Origin: an uncultured delta proteobacterium
GTDB taxonomy: Bacteria; Desulfobacterota; Syntrophia; Syntrophales; UBA2185
DNA length: 64,000 bases
NCBI GenBank assembly: GCA_963695875.1
Contig: CAVOID010000012.1
Span: 64,815 to 128,814 of the forward strand
Direction of reading: 5' to 3'
Positions 51,436 to 62,535 of this stretch are shown here, one piece after another. The position numbers were made by a program, and so were the translations under genes. Position 1 is the first letter of the stretch. Each line of letters begins with the position of its first letter. Below the pieces are notes generated by a model. It was not told where the DNA came from, made no database searches, and worked only from the letters and a program-made list of their open reading frames with translations.

Positions 51436-52424
51436 TCCCTGATGTACCGATTATTACAGAAATGAATAGATTAAATCCTGGCAAACCGAAGATGGCGGTT
51501 GATATTGGCGGCCTGGTTATCAAGAATCCGGTGATGACTGCTTCCGGTACGTTTGGCTATGGTGAGGAGTATGCTTCATATCTCGATTTAAACCGCTTGG
51601 GTGCCGTTATAGTAAAGGGCATATCAATGGAGCCGCGAGCAGGTAACCCTCCGCCAAGGATTATGGAGACCCCCTGCGGGATGTTGAACGCCATTGGATT
51701 GGAAAATCCGGGAGTAAATGCATTTGTAAATGACAGACTCCCCTTCCTCAGGCAGTTCGATGTAGCTGTCGTTGTGAATGTATTTGGTGAAACCATCGAT
51801 GAATTCAAGAAGGTTACAGAAATATTGAGTGCTGCAAAAGGAATTCATGGCCTGGAGATCAATATTTCCTGTCCCAACGTAAGGAAAGGTGGAATGTTGT
51901 TCGGGAGTGATCCTGACATGGCATATGAGGTTACGAAAGAGGTGAAACGTTTAACAGATCTCCCTGTAATAGCAAAACTGACCCCCAATGTTACTGATAT
52001 CTGTTTGATCGCAAAAAGTGTGGAGGAAGCAGGGGCGGACGCTGTATCCCTCATTAATACCCTGACGGGGATGTCTGTGGACGTTGAAAAGAGGGCTCCC
52101 CATTTGAGAAACATCACAGGGGGGCTTTCCGGCCCTGCGATAAAACCCGTTGCTCTGAGGATGGTCTGGCAGGTAGTCGAAAAGGTTAAAATACCCGTTA
52201 TCGGTATCGGAGGTATCGTGAGCGCCCGTGACGCCTTAGAATTCCTGATAGTAGGTGCCAGAGCCATTCAGATCGGCACTGCTAATTTCATCAATCCCCA
52301 TGCCACAATAGATGTCATCGATGGTATTGAAGATTACCTTGCAAGGAATAATTGTCCCGACGTAAATGAATTGATCGGAACTCTCAACACGGAACAGGGT
52401 TCTGACTTGAACCAATGTGATTAA
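51426..52424 (+). CDS. pyrD: Dihydroorotate dehydrogenase (family 1B) catalytic subunit
   Basis: ASGTFGYG, MLNAIGLENPG, NISCPN, KLTPN, GGLSGPAIKP. Confidence 0.95.
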   Translation: MGLIPDVPIITEMNRLNPGKPKMAVDIGGLVIKNPVMTASGTFGYGEEYASYLDLNRLGAVIVKGISMEPRAGNPPPRIMETPCGMLNAIGLENPGVNAFVNDRLPFLRQFDVAVVVNVFGETIDEFKKVTEILSAAKGIHGLEINISCPNVRKGGMLFGSDPDMAYEVTKEVKRLTDLPVIAKLTPNVTDICLIAKSVEEAGADAVSLINTLTGMSVDVEKRAPHLRNITGGLSGPAIKPVALRMVWQVVEKVKIPVIGIGGIVSARDALEFLIVGARAIQIGTANFINPHATIDVIDGIEDYLARNNCPDVNELIGTLNTEQGSDLNQCD

Positions 52425-52445
52425 ACTTATTGCCAGGTAAACATT

Positions 52446-53129
52446 ATGGGAAAGGCAAGAATCATCATCGAAGGTGTTTATCTTATCGGCGGTCCTGACG
52501 TCTCTCGTTCGGATGATGCGACGTCATTCATCATCGATTTTGGCGGGGAGCTGGTGATGATTGATGCCGGTGCGGGCGGCAGCTCGCTGATACTACAAAA
52601 AAACATCGAAGATGCGGGACTCGATCCCGGAAAAATTTCGACCCTCATTCTCACCCATAACCATATTGACCATATCGGCTCGGCTCCGTATTTCAGGACG
52701 CATTTCGGCTGCAAGATCGTAATGCATGACCTTGATGCGGATGCAGTTGAAGAAGGTGATAGTATGAGAACGGCAGCGAGTTGCTATGGTACGACATTTT
52801 CGCCGACCTCAATAGACAAGAAGCTCAAGGGAGATCAGGAAATTCTTCAGTTCGACGGAGAAGAACTCCACTGCCTTCACACACCGGGGCATACACCCGG
52901 CTCACTTTCCATTTATCTTGACAGAGTGGGGAAGCGCATATTGTTTGGCCAGGATATTCATGGACCGTTTTTAGACATTTTCAGGTCCGACGTCAATCAA
53001 TGGAGAAAATCGATGGAGAAGCTTCTCACTCTTAAAGCGGATATCCTCTGTGAAGGGCATTTCGGAATCTTCCAGCCGAGTGAAAATGTTGAGCGATACA
53101 TCAAGAGGTATCTTAGAAATCACGAGTGA
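52446..53129 (+). CDS. MBL-fold metallo-hydrolase
   Basis: THNHIDHIG, HTPGHTPG, LCEGH. Confidence 0.92.
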   Translation: MGKARIIIEGVYLIGGPDVSRSDDATSFIIDFGGELVMIDAGAGGSSLILQKNIEDAGLDPGKISTLILTHNHIDHIGSAPYFRTHFGCKIVMHDLDADAVEEGDSMRTAASCYGTTFSPTSIDKKLKGDQEILQFDGEELHCLHTPGHTPGSLSIYLDRVGKRILFGQDIHGPFLDIFRSDVNQWRKSMEKLLTLKADILCEGHFGIFQPSENVERYIKRYLRNHE

Positions 53130-53307
53130 TAAGCCACACCAATTTCCTCTTATTTTTCTCTCATTGACGAATACCTCCGTATTTCTTACATTATCGCTGT
53201 ACAAGGAAATTCAATTAGCGATTCAGGATTAAGTCCATTTTGAGAAGCCAGCAACATAATCAATGCCGTTGGCAGAGTATCTGTGTAAGAATTAGGGGGA
53301 TATTGAT

Positions 53308-53685
53308 ATGAAGCCGATAGCCGTAGAAGTAATAAGTAATCTTCTAATAACCTACAGCCACTGCAGTAGGTGTGAGCTTATTTTCAATGAGTCGGGACTT
53401 GGAAAAGAAGCTAAAAAGGAAGATATTGAAGATTATCCTTCTGAGTTAAAAGATGAGCTTTTAAAGCTGTCCAGCTTGATCGGGGAGCTACGCTCACTTT
53501 ACAAGCATCGAATTCGCATCCGTCTGATTGATGCCCAATCACCCATCGGAATATTCAAATCCCTCATATACCGGTTCCGTAAATATCCTACATTCATAAT
53601 CGAGAAAAAAGAGGTTTATAGCGGTTGGGATCGGGAAAAGGTTGAGGGGCTTCTTGATAAATATTTAAAAGCAGCGAGGTCTTAA
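53308..53685 (+). CDS. Hypothetical thioredoxin-fold-like protein
   Basis: HCSRC motif and KYPTFII cis-Pro-like segment. Confidence 0.6.
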   Translation: MKPIAVEVISNLLITYSHCSRCELIFNESGLGKEAKKEDIEDYPSELKDELLKLSSLIGELRSLYKHRIRIRLIDAQSPIGIFKSLIYRFRKYPTFIIEKKEVYSGWDREKVEGLLDKYLKAARS

Positions 53686-53788
53686 TCAGTTTATGACCCA
53701 CCCGAAAATGTAGACAATAATCAAGGTGTAGTATGCGATTTCAAATTTTAATGTTTATGCAAAAGCTTATTAATTTGCTTCCGTGATT

Positions 53789-54256
53789 CTATCTATTATT
53801 TTCTAAAATTGGATCTATTTTAGCCATCAGTTCTACCGGTGTTACAGGCTTGGCGATAAACATTCTCCCCCCAATGACCCCTTCCTGTGACTGTACCTCG
53901 CTTCTGGAAGCTATGGCAGTAATAAAGAGAACGGGGATATCTTTTGTTTTAGGGCTCTCAAGGAGCAGCTCCGCAACATGCCCGCCACTCATTTCCGGCA
54001 TGATAATGTCCAGAAGAATCAGGTCAGGTGGATCTTCTGAAGCCATGATTAAACCTCTTGAACCGGTAGTGGCAGTCAAAACCTCATATTTGCCGGTCTG
54101 TTCAAGATTGAGTTTCACAAAAAAGCAAAAGTCCTCTTCATCGTCTATGAGTAATATTTTCTTTTTACGCCTGGTTTCCGGTTTGCCTGGCTCGATCATA
54201 ATTTCATCCTTCGCTAATATTTTATCTAATTTTCTAAAATTTGGTACTTTCTGCAC
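53789..54256 (-). CDS. Single-domain response regulator
   Basis: ILLIDD, LLDIIMP, FITA, FIAKP. Confidence 0.9.
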   Translation of the reverse strand: MQKVPNFRKLDKILAKDEIMIEPGKPETRRKKKILLIDDEEDFCFFVKLNLEQTGKYEVLTATTGSRGLIMASEDPPDLILLDIIMPEMSGGHVAELLLESPKTKDIPVLFITAIASRSEVQSQEGVIGGRMFIAKPVTPVELMAKIDPILENNR

Positions 54257-54268
54257 CGCTTTAAGAAA

Positions 54269-56509
54269 TCAGCTTTTACTCATGATCCAACCTACGGCCT
54301 TCCCGGCGGCAGCTTTCACTGTTGGGTGGTAGGTCTTTAAGCTGAGGAAACCATCTTGTTTACTAATATCAGTAAGAAATGGCAATGCCTCCCTGTCCCC
54401 AATGTGACCCAATGCCAGACAGATCTTTTCCTGGAGATCAACTTTCACTTCTTCAGATGCCATGAGTTTAGATCTAAAAAGTACGATGAGAGGCTTTACC
54501 GCATCGCGGTATTTCAAAGAACCCAAAGTGGTTACAATATTTGACTTGATGCGGTCATCACATTCTGTCATGGCATCCAAAAGTATTTCACCCCTTTGAC
54601 TGCCACCTATATTGCCGATACTTTTCAGCGCTTCTCTTTGGACCCGGTAATCGTCGTAAGCAAGAAGTTGCGCGAGGAATTTTGCGTGTTCTTCGCTGCC
54701 GATTTTGCCCAGAAGACGTACTAAGTTCCTCACGTAATACCAGGGAGTATCTTGTTTGATCATACCTATTACTGCTGGTGCAGCTGCAGGTCCGATTTCA
54801 GGTATTAAATTCAAAAGCAAGATACGCTCAGAAGATTCTTCACTTTCCTTCAATAAATACAAAAGGCGGTTTATCGATAATTCGGCAAGCATGACAAGAA
54901 TTCGTCCCGCTTCATTTCGCATATTCCCCTTATTGGTCCGGAATTCTTCCGTGAGGATGTTTAGTATATCGTCTGATGCGATTTCCCTTAGAGTGTCGGA
55001 TGCTGTTAATCGAATCTCTTCACTTTTCTGAATCTGGTCGGAAATGATAAGGCGGAAAGTTTCGATGATGGGATAGGCGTCGGCAAAACGCTGATTATGG
55101 ATTCGGCCCTGAGCAAAAGCCCCCAGGTGTTTGCAAATAGATGCGTAGGCCATAGTAGATTTGGTTTCAAATTTTATCCATTCAATCAGCTTATCCGAAA
55201 GTTTGGTTAATATATCTGCTCGCTTTTCCGGAGAAAGGTTTTCAAGGATTTTGGCCAGGGCATCTGATACTTCATCCCGTATGGCTATGTTATTGCTGGT
55301 AAGCTTGTTGCTCAGCCTATCGATGATTGTTTCTGCTGTCTCGTTTTCGCTCTCAGAGAAGAGGCCTTGTACAATGCCGGGTGATGTTATCGATACGTTT
55401 TCTTGCGGGACATTCTTATCAAGGTTGTTTAGGATATTGCTGCCTGTTTCTTTGAGATGGCTAATTCTTCTTTTCTTATCTTCCTCTTCGTGGGCTTGTC
55501 TCTCTTGAATCTGGCTCTGCAGGTTGATTCCTTTATCAGTATTCATAACATGCTGGTAGGCTTGCTGAATGTACGTTATTCTCTGGTCGTCAGCACCTTT
55601 ATTTTCTAAACTGATTTTATTTAACACCTGTCGGATACTGCCGGCCATTGCCTCAAACTTTTCAAAGTCCATGCTGTTTATAATATCGCCAAAAAGCCTG
55701 TTTTCGAGGAGACTTTCAATATTTTGAGTCAAAGTCATGGCAATAAGTTCAGCATCCATGTTCCCAATGGCTCCGGCAATCTGTTGGGAAATTTTTTCTT
55801 TGTCGGCATGTTCAGATATTTTATCCAGAATATGTAACATATGCAGCATGCCTTCTGATAATTTGATACTGGAGGCATTACTATCTTTTTCAAAGATATT
55901 TTGCATGCCTGATTGAAAAATCCGGGTGACCCATTCGGGGTCTTTTGCCATTTCCTTCACTTTTTGGGTATCTATAGTGGCATGTGGGTCTTCAGACGTA
56001 ATATATTTAACGATATCCTCATCCTTTATTTCAAGGCTTGCCATGATTTGATGGTCTTGATCCTTTGCGATGTAAATCTTCTGATTAAGAAGAATATGAG
56101 GCATTCTACCCTCTGAGATGATCTGTGCCAATCCTCCTTTCGATTTCACCTCATCAGGCTTCTTGGACATAGTTTCGAGAAAAAGAATAAGTTCATTTTT
56201 TTCCAACCCTTTCATAAAGGTGAGACTCTTGATCCCCCAATTGATCATTAACGTAAGAAAAATTGCGACCTGAGGTCTGCCAAGATATTTTTGACCCAAG
56301 GGTTCCCCGGATATGAGGAGATTCCTTTCCGCCTCGGCAAATATCACTGAATCCTCTTCTGCAAAAAGAGTCAGAAAGGTTTCATGCAGCCTGTCAATGG
56401 TCTTTATAATCATTGCATTTGTTGGCGGGTAAAGGCGTAAATTAATAGCGGCGGTGTTCATAGCGATCAGAGCTTCAATGACTTTTTCTTGAATTCCCGG
56501 GTTGGTCAT
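54269..56509 (-). CDS. HEAT-repeat protein
   Basis: C-terminal WYYVRNLVRLLG.IG, D.RVQREAL..IG, CLALG.IG repeats. Confidence 0.8.
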   Translation of the reverse strand: MTNPGIQEKVIEALIAMNTAAINLRLYPPTNAMIIKTIDRLHETFLTLFAEEDSVIFAEAERNLLISGEPLGQKYLGRPQVAIFLTLMINWGIKSLTFMKGLEKNELILFLETMSKKPDEVKSKGGLAQIISEGRMPHILLNQKIYIAKDQDHQIMASLEIKDEDIVKYITSEDPHATIDTQKVKEMAKDPEWVTRIFQSGMQNIFEKDSNASSIKLSEGMLHMLHILDKISEHADKEKISQQIAGAIGNMDAELIAMTLTQNIESLLENRLFGDIINSMDFEKFEAMAGSIRQVLNKISLENKGADDQRITYIQQAYQHVMNTDKGINLQSQIQERQAHEEEDKKRRISHLKETGSNILNNLDKNVPQENVSITSPGIVQGLFSESENETAETIIDRLSNKLTSNNIAIRDEVSDALAKILENLSPEKRADILTKLSDKLIEWIKFETKSTMAYASICKHLGAFAQGRIHNQRFADAYPIIETFRLIISDQIQKSEEIRLTASDTLREIASDDILNILTEEFRTNKGNMRNEAGRILVMLAELSINRLLYLLKESEESSERILLLNLIPEIGPAAAPAVIGMIKQDTPWYYVRNLVRLLGKIGSEEHAKFLAQLLAYDDYRVQREALKSIGNIGGSQRGEILLDAMTECDDRIKSNIVTTLGSLKYRDAVKPLIVLFRSKLMASEEVKVDLQEKICLALGHIGDREALPFLTDISKQDGFLSLKTYHPTVKAAAGKAVGWIMSKS

Positions 56510-56531
56510 TTTATCGCCTCGTGAATCTTCC

Positions 56532-57134
56532 TCATATATCTTTCAGGTGGCTGGTATCATTAAATATCGTAATGACACCTTTACCGTCTTTAAATTCTAC
56601 AGAAGTTTTTGATGCCACATTTACAAGCATCTCCCTGGCATGTGATAGTTCCAGGTTTTTAATTTTGCAGAGAATGGTCATAATCGTCATGCCATGGGAG
56701 GCGACAAGGATATTCTTTGAGTTTCCGATAATTTTTTCTATTGCGCTCCACGCGCGTAACTGTAGGTCATGGAGCGATTCTCCATTCGGCATGGCAACTG
56801 AGGCAGGATCATTGAACCACTGTTTGAGAAAGGGTAGATGTTTCTCTTTCAACTCCGCAATTGTTACATTCTCAAAATCTCCGTGATTCATTTCCTGGAG
56901 CTTATTTTCGATTTCAATTGCTGTTTTATGAAACTTGCAGATGGCCTGGGCTGTTTGATAGGCCCGTTTTAACGGACTTGATACTATACAATCTATAGGC
57001 TCATCTCTGAGAGACTCTGCAAGCTTCTCTACCTGTACGTGGCCATAGTCACTCAGCGCAGTGTCTGTTATGCCCTGTACCCTGTTTTCCCTGTTCGACA
57101 GAGTTTCTCCATGTCTGACCAGAATTAGCTTCAA
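56532..57134 (-). CDS. Histidine phosphatase (phosphoglycerate mutase family)
   Basis: LVRHGET, SSPLKRA.QTA, PNGES, VASHG. Confidence 0.92.
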   Translation of the reverse strand: MKLILVRHGETLSNRENRVQGITDTALSDYGHVQVEKLAESLRDEPIDCIVSSPLKRAYQTAQAICKFHKTAIEIENKLQEMNHGDFENVTIAELKEKHLPFLKQWFNDPASVAMPNGESLHDLQLRAWSAIEKIIGNSKNILVASHGMTIMTILCKIKNLELSHAREMLVNVASKTSVEFKDGKGVITIFNDTSHLKDI

Positions 57135-57152
57135 TACAGCGCCTCCGCAGCC

Positions 57153-60100
57153 TCAAACAATACGTTCAAGCTCCTGTATTTTCTGTTCGAGACGCTTTTG
57201 AGATATAGGAAATGCAGTTTTCAACTCCTGAGCGAATACCGATACCTTGAATTCTTCAATCATCCATCGATACTCTTCGATGGCATTTACTTTTTCTTCT
57301 GAAACCTCTGCGGCAACGCTATTTACCATATCTTGAAGTTTATCGGCAAAGATTTTTATTTCGGCAGTTTTCGAAAAGGCCTTTTCCAAATGAGCAATTC
57401 CTCGTTCCGCCCGGATTGTAATAGCCTTTAGATACCGGACAATGTGAGTCAACCTCTCGTCGTTGTATTTTATCAAGAAATCACGTGGCATCAGAAGGGT
57501 CATCTCTTCTTTGAGATGAGTAATATATTGCAGTGTCTGCTTGTTAAAACGGTTGGCTTTTTCTAAGTTTTTAAGAAATGCGACCGTATCGTAGTAAGAC
57601 CTTAAGACGGGCTTGGATTTATTCAGTATATCCTGACCTTTAGGCAGAATTTTATCGGTTACTCTTTCGGCATGGTCAATAAAAGCATCACGAGTCCGGA
57701 TATTTTTGGAAAATAGGTCATGAGTCACTTTTTCGAGAATTGCATCTTCACATTTCCTTGCGCCACCGAATGATTCGGCCCATTTCTTAAAATCGCCTGA
57801 GAGGGTGATGGCCTTCTTTAAATACTTCAACTCATCCTTGAAGTAAAATGTGTAAAGTGCCGTAATGCCTCTACTATGTGATGCATCTGCTTCCCGTTTA
57901 CATTTGAATAAACGTATATTGACACATCCTTTCCCGGCTTCTAGACCGGGGTATGCATATCCTTCGAAACATACTCCGCTTTCCAGAGTGATTGCATCCG
58001 GAAGCTCTTCAAAATCCCAAGATGTCAATCCTGTCTTTTCCCAAGCCAGCCGCGCTTTATCGAAGGCATACGATTCTACTTCAGTGATAATTTCTTTTTG
58101 TAGCTGTCCGATATCCCTGCTTGACGCCAGTTCCTGTCCCCTGGAATCTATGACGGCAAAACGTATCTTCAAATGATCGTCAATAGTATCGTGATTCCAG
58201 ACAGAAGCTGGTATGTTCACATGGAACCTCTCATGGATAAAGTTACTTAGGACGGATAATAGAGGACTTCTACTGTCATTCATTTCTGCCGCGATGCTGT
58301 CACAGACCTGTGACAGCGGTGGAAGTTTCTTCTTATATTCCTTGGGTAGACTTTTCAAATGGGCAGTAATTTTCTCCCGGATGAGACCGGGAATAATCCA
58401 GTCTGAAGAGGCTGCAGGGACTGCGGAAATCATATGAAGGGGAACCTTGAGAGTTATACCGTCTTCGGGGTGACCCGGCTCATAATGATAATCGCACATG
58501 AACCGATGTCCATCGAGGACAACCTCGTCGGGATAGAGGGTGAGTTCAATATCCCCCCGGAATCTGACGAGCGCATCCTCTTCCTTCATCCGGAGAAAAT
58601 CATCACTGCCTCTGTCCCTGATCAGTTTTTGCAGGGTCCTTGCATCGTAGATACCAGGGAGTCTCTCTTGGTAGAACCTTGCAAGTTCGTGCTCATTGGC
58701 GAGGAGGTTCCTCCTCCTTATTTTATCCTCCATATTTGAAATTCGTTCAATGACTTCCAGATTGTGAATCAAGAAAGGGAAGGGCTTCTTGACATCACCT
58801 TCCACGAGGGCACTGCGAATAAAAATTTCCGAGGCTTCATCGGAATTGATACGCCCATAAGAAACAGGCCTTCTCGGCACAATGATCAGCCCGAAAAGGC
58901 TGACCTGTTCATAGGCAACTACCTCGCCACGATCCCGGCTCCAGTGCGGCTCGGAATAGGTTGACCGGCACAGGTTTCCCCCAAGTTCTTCCAGCCACTC
59001 CATTTTGATATTTGCTGCCATCCGGGCGAACAACCGGGATGTCTCAACCATCTCGGCGGCCACGATGCAGATTCCTCCTTTGTTGAAGAGACCCGAACCA
59101 GGGAAGATCATCACTTCTTTTCCCTTAGCGGCCGCATAGATGTTTTTCTCTTTCTTTGTGGCGATGTTGGAAAGATACCCGGAAAGGATCGATTTGTGGA
59201 TGCCTTCGTAGAGGACTTTATCATCAGTATGCTTTCTCTTTATTCTATTCCATCCCTGCTCATCCAGAATCTCTTTCAGCTGGTCGTAAACATCGATCCA
59301 CTCCCTCATTCTTCGGAAAGAGAGATAATGCTCCCGGCAGAATTTTTTGATCCTGTTCTTGCTTTTCGCAGTCTGCATCAGGCCGTGGTAGTGATTCCAT
59401 ATGCGAAGAAGGGTCATGAAATCAGAGGCAGGGTCGGTAAACACGGCATGGATTTTATCGGCGTCCTTCTCAGACTCCACCGGCCGTTCCCGCGGGTCCG
59501 GGATGCTGAGCGCGGCAGAAATGATAAGAATTTCCTCCACACATCCTTCCTTTTCCGCTTCAATAATCATCCGGGAGATCCGTGGGTCTATGGGGAGGCG
59601 CGCCATCAACCTTCCTCTTTCCGTCAGTGCATACTGCTTAACATCATCCGTATCGCTGTCCTTCCTACCCGACTCAATTGCTCCCAACTCCTTCAGGATT
59701 TCAACACCGTCTCTGATATTCTTTGGAAACGGAGGGTCAATGAAGGGGAACGATGATATATGGCCCAGATTAAGCGAGAGCATTCTCAGGATGACATCCG
59801 CCAGATTCGATCTCAGAATTTCGGGTTCGGTAAACAGAGGTCGGTCTTCATAATCGGCTTTGTCGAACAGGCGGATGCAAATTCCGTTCTGAACCCGGCC
59901 GCATCGTCCTTTCCTCTGGTCGGCACTGCTTTTCGATATGGCCCTGACGGGCAGGCTTGTCGTCCGTAAGCGAGGGTTATACTGGGAGATGCGCGCCAGG
60001 CCCGTATCGATCACATATCTGATTCCGGGAATGGTGATGGATGTCTCGGCCACATTTGTCGCTACAACGATCTTTCTTGACTGAGACGGTTGAAAGACGC

Positions 60101-60977
60101 GGCGCTGCTCTGTCCAGGGAAGACGGGCAAAAAGCGGGAGAATGGTGGCTTCATAATCCAGTGTCGCTTCTATGAGTTCGCATGTCTCGCGGATATCCTG
60201 CTCCGTGGGCATGAATATTAGAATATCGCCGCCATATCTCCCTGCCATCAGCTTTTGTGTGGCGTTAACTGCTGCATTGACGTAGGTGATTTCCTCCGAC
60301 TCTTCAAGTTCATGGCCTAGGGGATGATAGCGTATTTCAACGGGATACATGCGGCCGGATACTTCAATGACCGGGGCGTGGAAGGCGTGGGAGAATTTTT
60401 CCGTGTCGATGGTCGCAGATGTGATTATGACCTTGAGATCCTTTCTTTTCCTTAAGAGCATCCTCAGGATACCCAGCACGAAATCAATATTCAGGCTTCT
60501 TTCATGGGCCTCATCAACGATGATGGTATCATACCGGCTGAGATAAGGGTCTTTCTGGGCTTCGTTAAGGAGAATCCCGTCCGTCATGATCTTGATATAA
60601 TTATTCCGTCCCGTCCTGTCTTCAAAACGGATCTGATAACCGACAGAGCGGCCGATCCCTTCGCCAAGCTCCTCTGCGATCCGGTGAGCCACGGTTATGG
60701 CGGCAACCCTTCGCGGTTGTGTACAGCCGATGACACCCCCAATCCCCCTGCCTGCTTCAAGACACATTTTCGGTATCTGTGTTGTTTTCCCTGAACCCGT
60801 CTCTCCGGTTATGACCACAACACGGTGTCTCTTTATGGCCTCGATAATGTCATCTTTCTTTGCGATAATCGGGAGTGCTTCCGGATAGGTGATCCTGGGA
60901 AGATTGCCAACCCGTAAAGCCTCTTTCGTATCGACAGTTCTCAATTTCTTCTGTTTCAAATTTCGCTTGTTTATCAT
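57153..60977 (-). CDS. hrpA: ATP-dependent RNA helicase HrpA
   Basis: GETGSGKTTQ, DEAHERS, SAT, QRKGRCGR; C-terminal RWMIEEFKVSVFAQELKT. Confidence 0.96.
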   Translation of the reverse strand: MINKRNLKQKKLRTVDTKEALRVGNLPRITYPEALPIIAKKDDIIEAIKRHRVVVITGETGSGKTTQIPKMCLEAGRGIGGVIGCTQPRRVAAITVAHRIAEELGEGIGRSVGYQIRFEDRTGRNNYIKIMTDGILLNEAQKDPYLSRYDTIIVDEAHERSLNIDFVLGILRMLLRKRKDLKVIITSATIDTEKFSHAFHAPVIEVSGRMYPVEIRYHPLGHELEESEEITYVNAAVNATQKLMAGRYGGDILIFMPTEQDIRETCELIEATLDYEATILPLFARLPWTEQRRVFQPSQSRKIVVATNVAETSITIPGIRYVIDTGLARISQYNPRLRTTSLPVRAISKSSADQRKGRCGRVQNGICIRLFDKADYEDRPLFTEPEILRSNLADVILRMLSLNLGHISSFPFIDPPFPKNIRDGVEILKELGAIESGRKDSDTDDVKQYALTERGRLMARLPIDPRISRMIIEAEKEGCVEEILIISAALSIPDPRERPVESEKDADKIHAVFTDPASDFMTLLRIWNHYHGLMQTAKSKNRIKKFCREHYLSFRRMREWIDVYDQLKEILDEQGWNRIKRKHTDDKVLYEGIHKSILSGYLSNIATKKEKNIYAAAKGKEVMIFPGSGLFNKGGICIVAAEMVETSRLFARMAANIKMEWLEELGGNLCRSTYSEPHWSRDRGEVVAYEQVSLFGLIIVPRRPVSYGRINSDEASEIFIRSALVEGDVKKPFPFLIHNLEVIERISNMEDKIRRRNLLANEHELARFYQERLPGIYDARTLQKLIRDRGSDDFLRMKEEDALVRFRGDIELTLYPDEVVLDGHRFMCDYHYEPGHPEDGITLKVPLHMISAVPAASSDWIIPGLIREKITAHLKSLPKEYKKKLPPLSQVCDSIAAEMNDSRSPLLSVLSNFIHERFHVNIPASVWNHDTIDDHLKIRFAVIDSRGQELASSRDIGQLQKEIITEVESYAFDKARLAWEKTGLTSWDFEELPDAITLESGVCFEGYAYPGLEAGKGCVNIRLFKCKREADASHSRGITALYTFYFKDELKYLKKAITLSGDFKKWAESFGGARKCEDAILEKVTHDLFSKNIRTRDAFIDHAERVTDKILPKGQDILNKSKPVLRSYYDTVAFLKNLEKANRFNKQTLQYITHLKEEMTLLMPRDFLIKYNDERLTHIVRYLKAITIRAERGIAHLEKAFSKTAEIKIFADKLQDMVNSVAAEVSEEKVNAIEEYRWMIEEFKVSVFAQELKTAFPISQKRLEQKIQELERIV

Positions 60978-61269
60978 TTGTGCGGATTATTCCACAAATC
61001 CAACTGCTATGTCAATAAACCCCTGAAATATACAAATATATTTCACGAAAATGACTTGTAATATTTTAGAAACATGGTATTTTTACAGATAAGAGAAAAG
61101 CACAGGTTGTAGATGCTGCTCCAGTAAATGATAGCAGCTCAACAAGGGACTCAAGCTGAGTTCATTACCCTTCAGAGAAGGATAAACTTACTGGTCGCAT
61201 TGAAAAAGAGGTCAAGGTACTGGCATCATAGAACATCTTAAGGTAGGGATTAGAGAGAAGGATTTTCAT

Positions 61270-62535
61270 ATGCTGTTGACCACTTTCTATTTCGAGCTTC
61301 ATCAACCGTTCTGGCTCCACCCGGCAAGGGACAAATTGCTGTGGGATGAAAAAAACAGAGACACTTTTTTAAAAGTTTCTGAAAAATGTTATCTTCCCGC
61401 GGCAGCCATGTTTAAAGAGCTTATTTCGCGTCACCCCGAATTTAAAATCACCCTCAGCATGTCCGGCACGTTCATGGAGCAGGCGGAACTCTACCAGCCG
61501 GATGTGATCAGGGCCTTACAGGAATTGATCAATGCGGGAAAGGAAAACCGCCAGGTTGAATTTCTTGATGAAACCTATTATCATTCTCTTACCAGCCTTT
61601 TTGCCGATCCGCAAAAACAGGAGTTTCGAGACCAAATAACGCTTCACAGGGAAAAGATGCATAAACTATTCGGTATCCTGCCTTCGTCATTCCGGAATAC
61701 AGAACTTATATATAACAACAATGTCGCGGAAATTGTGGCCGATATGGGTTATCTTTCCATACTTTGTGAAAAAAGAGATGACATGTTTATCGAGAAGATG
61801 GACGGCTCCATCTCTCCTAAGGCCATCTTTAGGGCGAAAGGGAGTAATCTGATCGTAATTCCGAGAAACAAGATATTGAGTGATGATATCGCGTTCAAGT
61901 TTCCTCATGAACCTGTTTCACCTGATGAATATGCCTCGCAAATAGCGACCATTGACGGAGATGTTGTTTTGTTGGGTTATCAATTCGAGCACATAGGTGA
62001 GCACATCCGGGAGGATCAGGGCATATTCGATTTCTGGAAGGGACTACCGGAGGCACTTTCAAAATTCCCGAACATAATTTTGGCCAATCCGTCAGAAATT
62101 ACTGAACGATTCATGGAGTCCGATTGTCCTGTCGTAGAAATTCAGGGTCTGTACACATCATCATGGGCTGATAAAGAAAAGGATACATTTGGCTGGCTCG
62201 GGAATCCAGCGCAGTTTGATTTATTTAAAGACATCGAAAGTATGGAGAGTGATGTAAGGAGGGCTGGTGGTGAACTGCTTACGAGATGGCGGCAATTAAC
62301 AACATCAGAGCATGTATACTTGCTGCATGAAAAGATAGGTGAAGATCAGGCTGTTCATTTTTATTATAACCCATACGGGGGATCGATAACCCAGCCGGCA
62401 CAGATTTTGACCCGGAAGATCGACGACCTCCAACTGTTTATCAAGAGCTTCCATATCTTGAAGCATGGGGGCAAGACGGCTCTTTTAATGATCACACCGG
62501 AAACGGGAAGGTTGCCGCAAGACATGGGTGCCCTG
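61270..62535 (+). CDS. GH57-family protein running into the start of a glycogen-synthase-like domain; truncated at the composition junction
   Basis: FELHQP, KCYLP, ETYYHSL, FRNTELIY, LSDDIAF, SSWAD; then ALLMITPE..RLP.DMG.L. Confidence 0.82.

Noticed and set aside
61090..61260. Known riboswitch (c-di-GMP, c-di-AMP, glycine, TPP, SAM) or tRNA
   Set aside because: No consensus core recognised; kept only as an unassigned structured-leader candidate.
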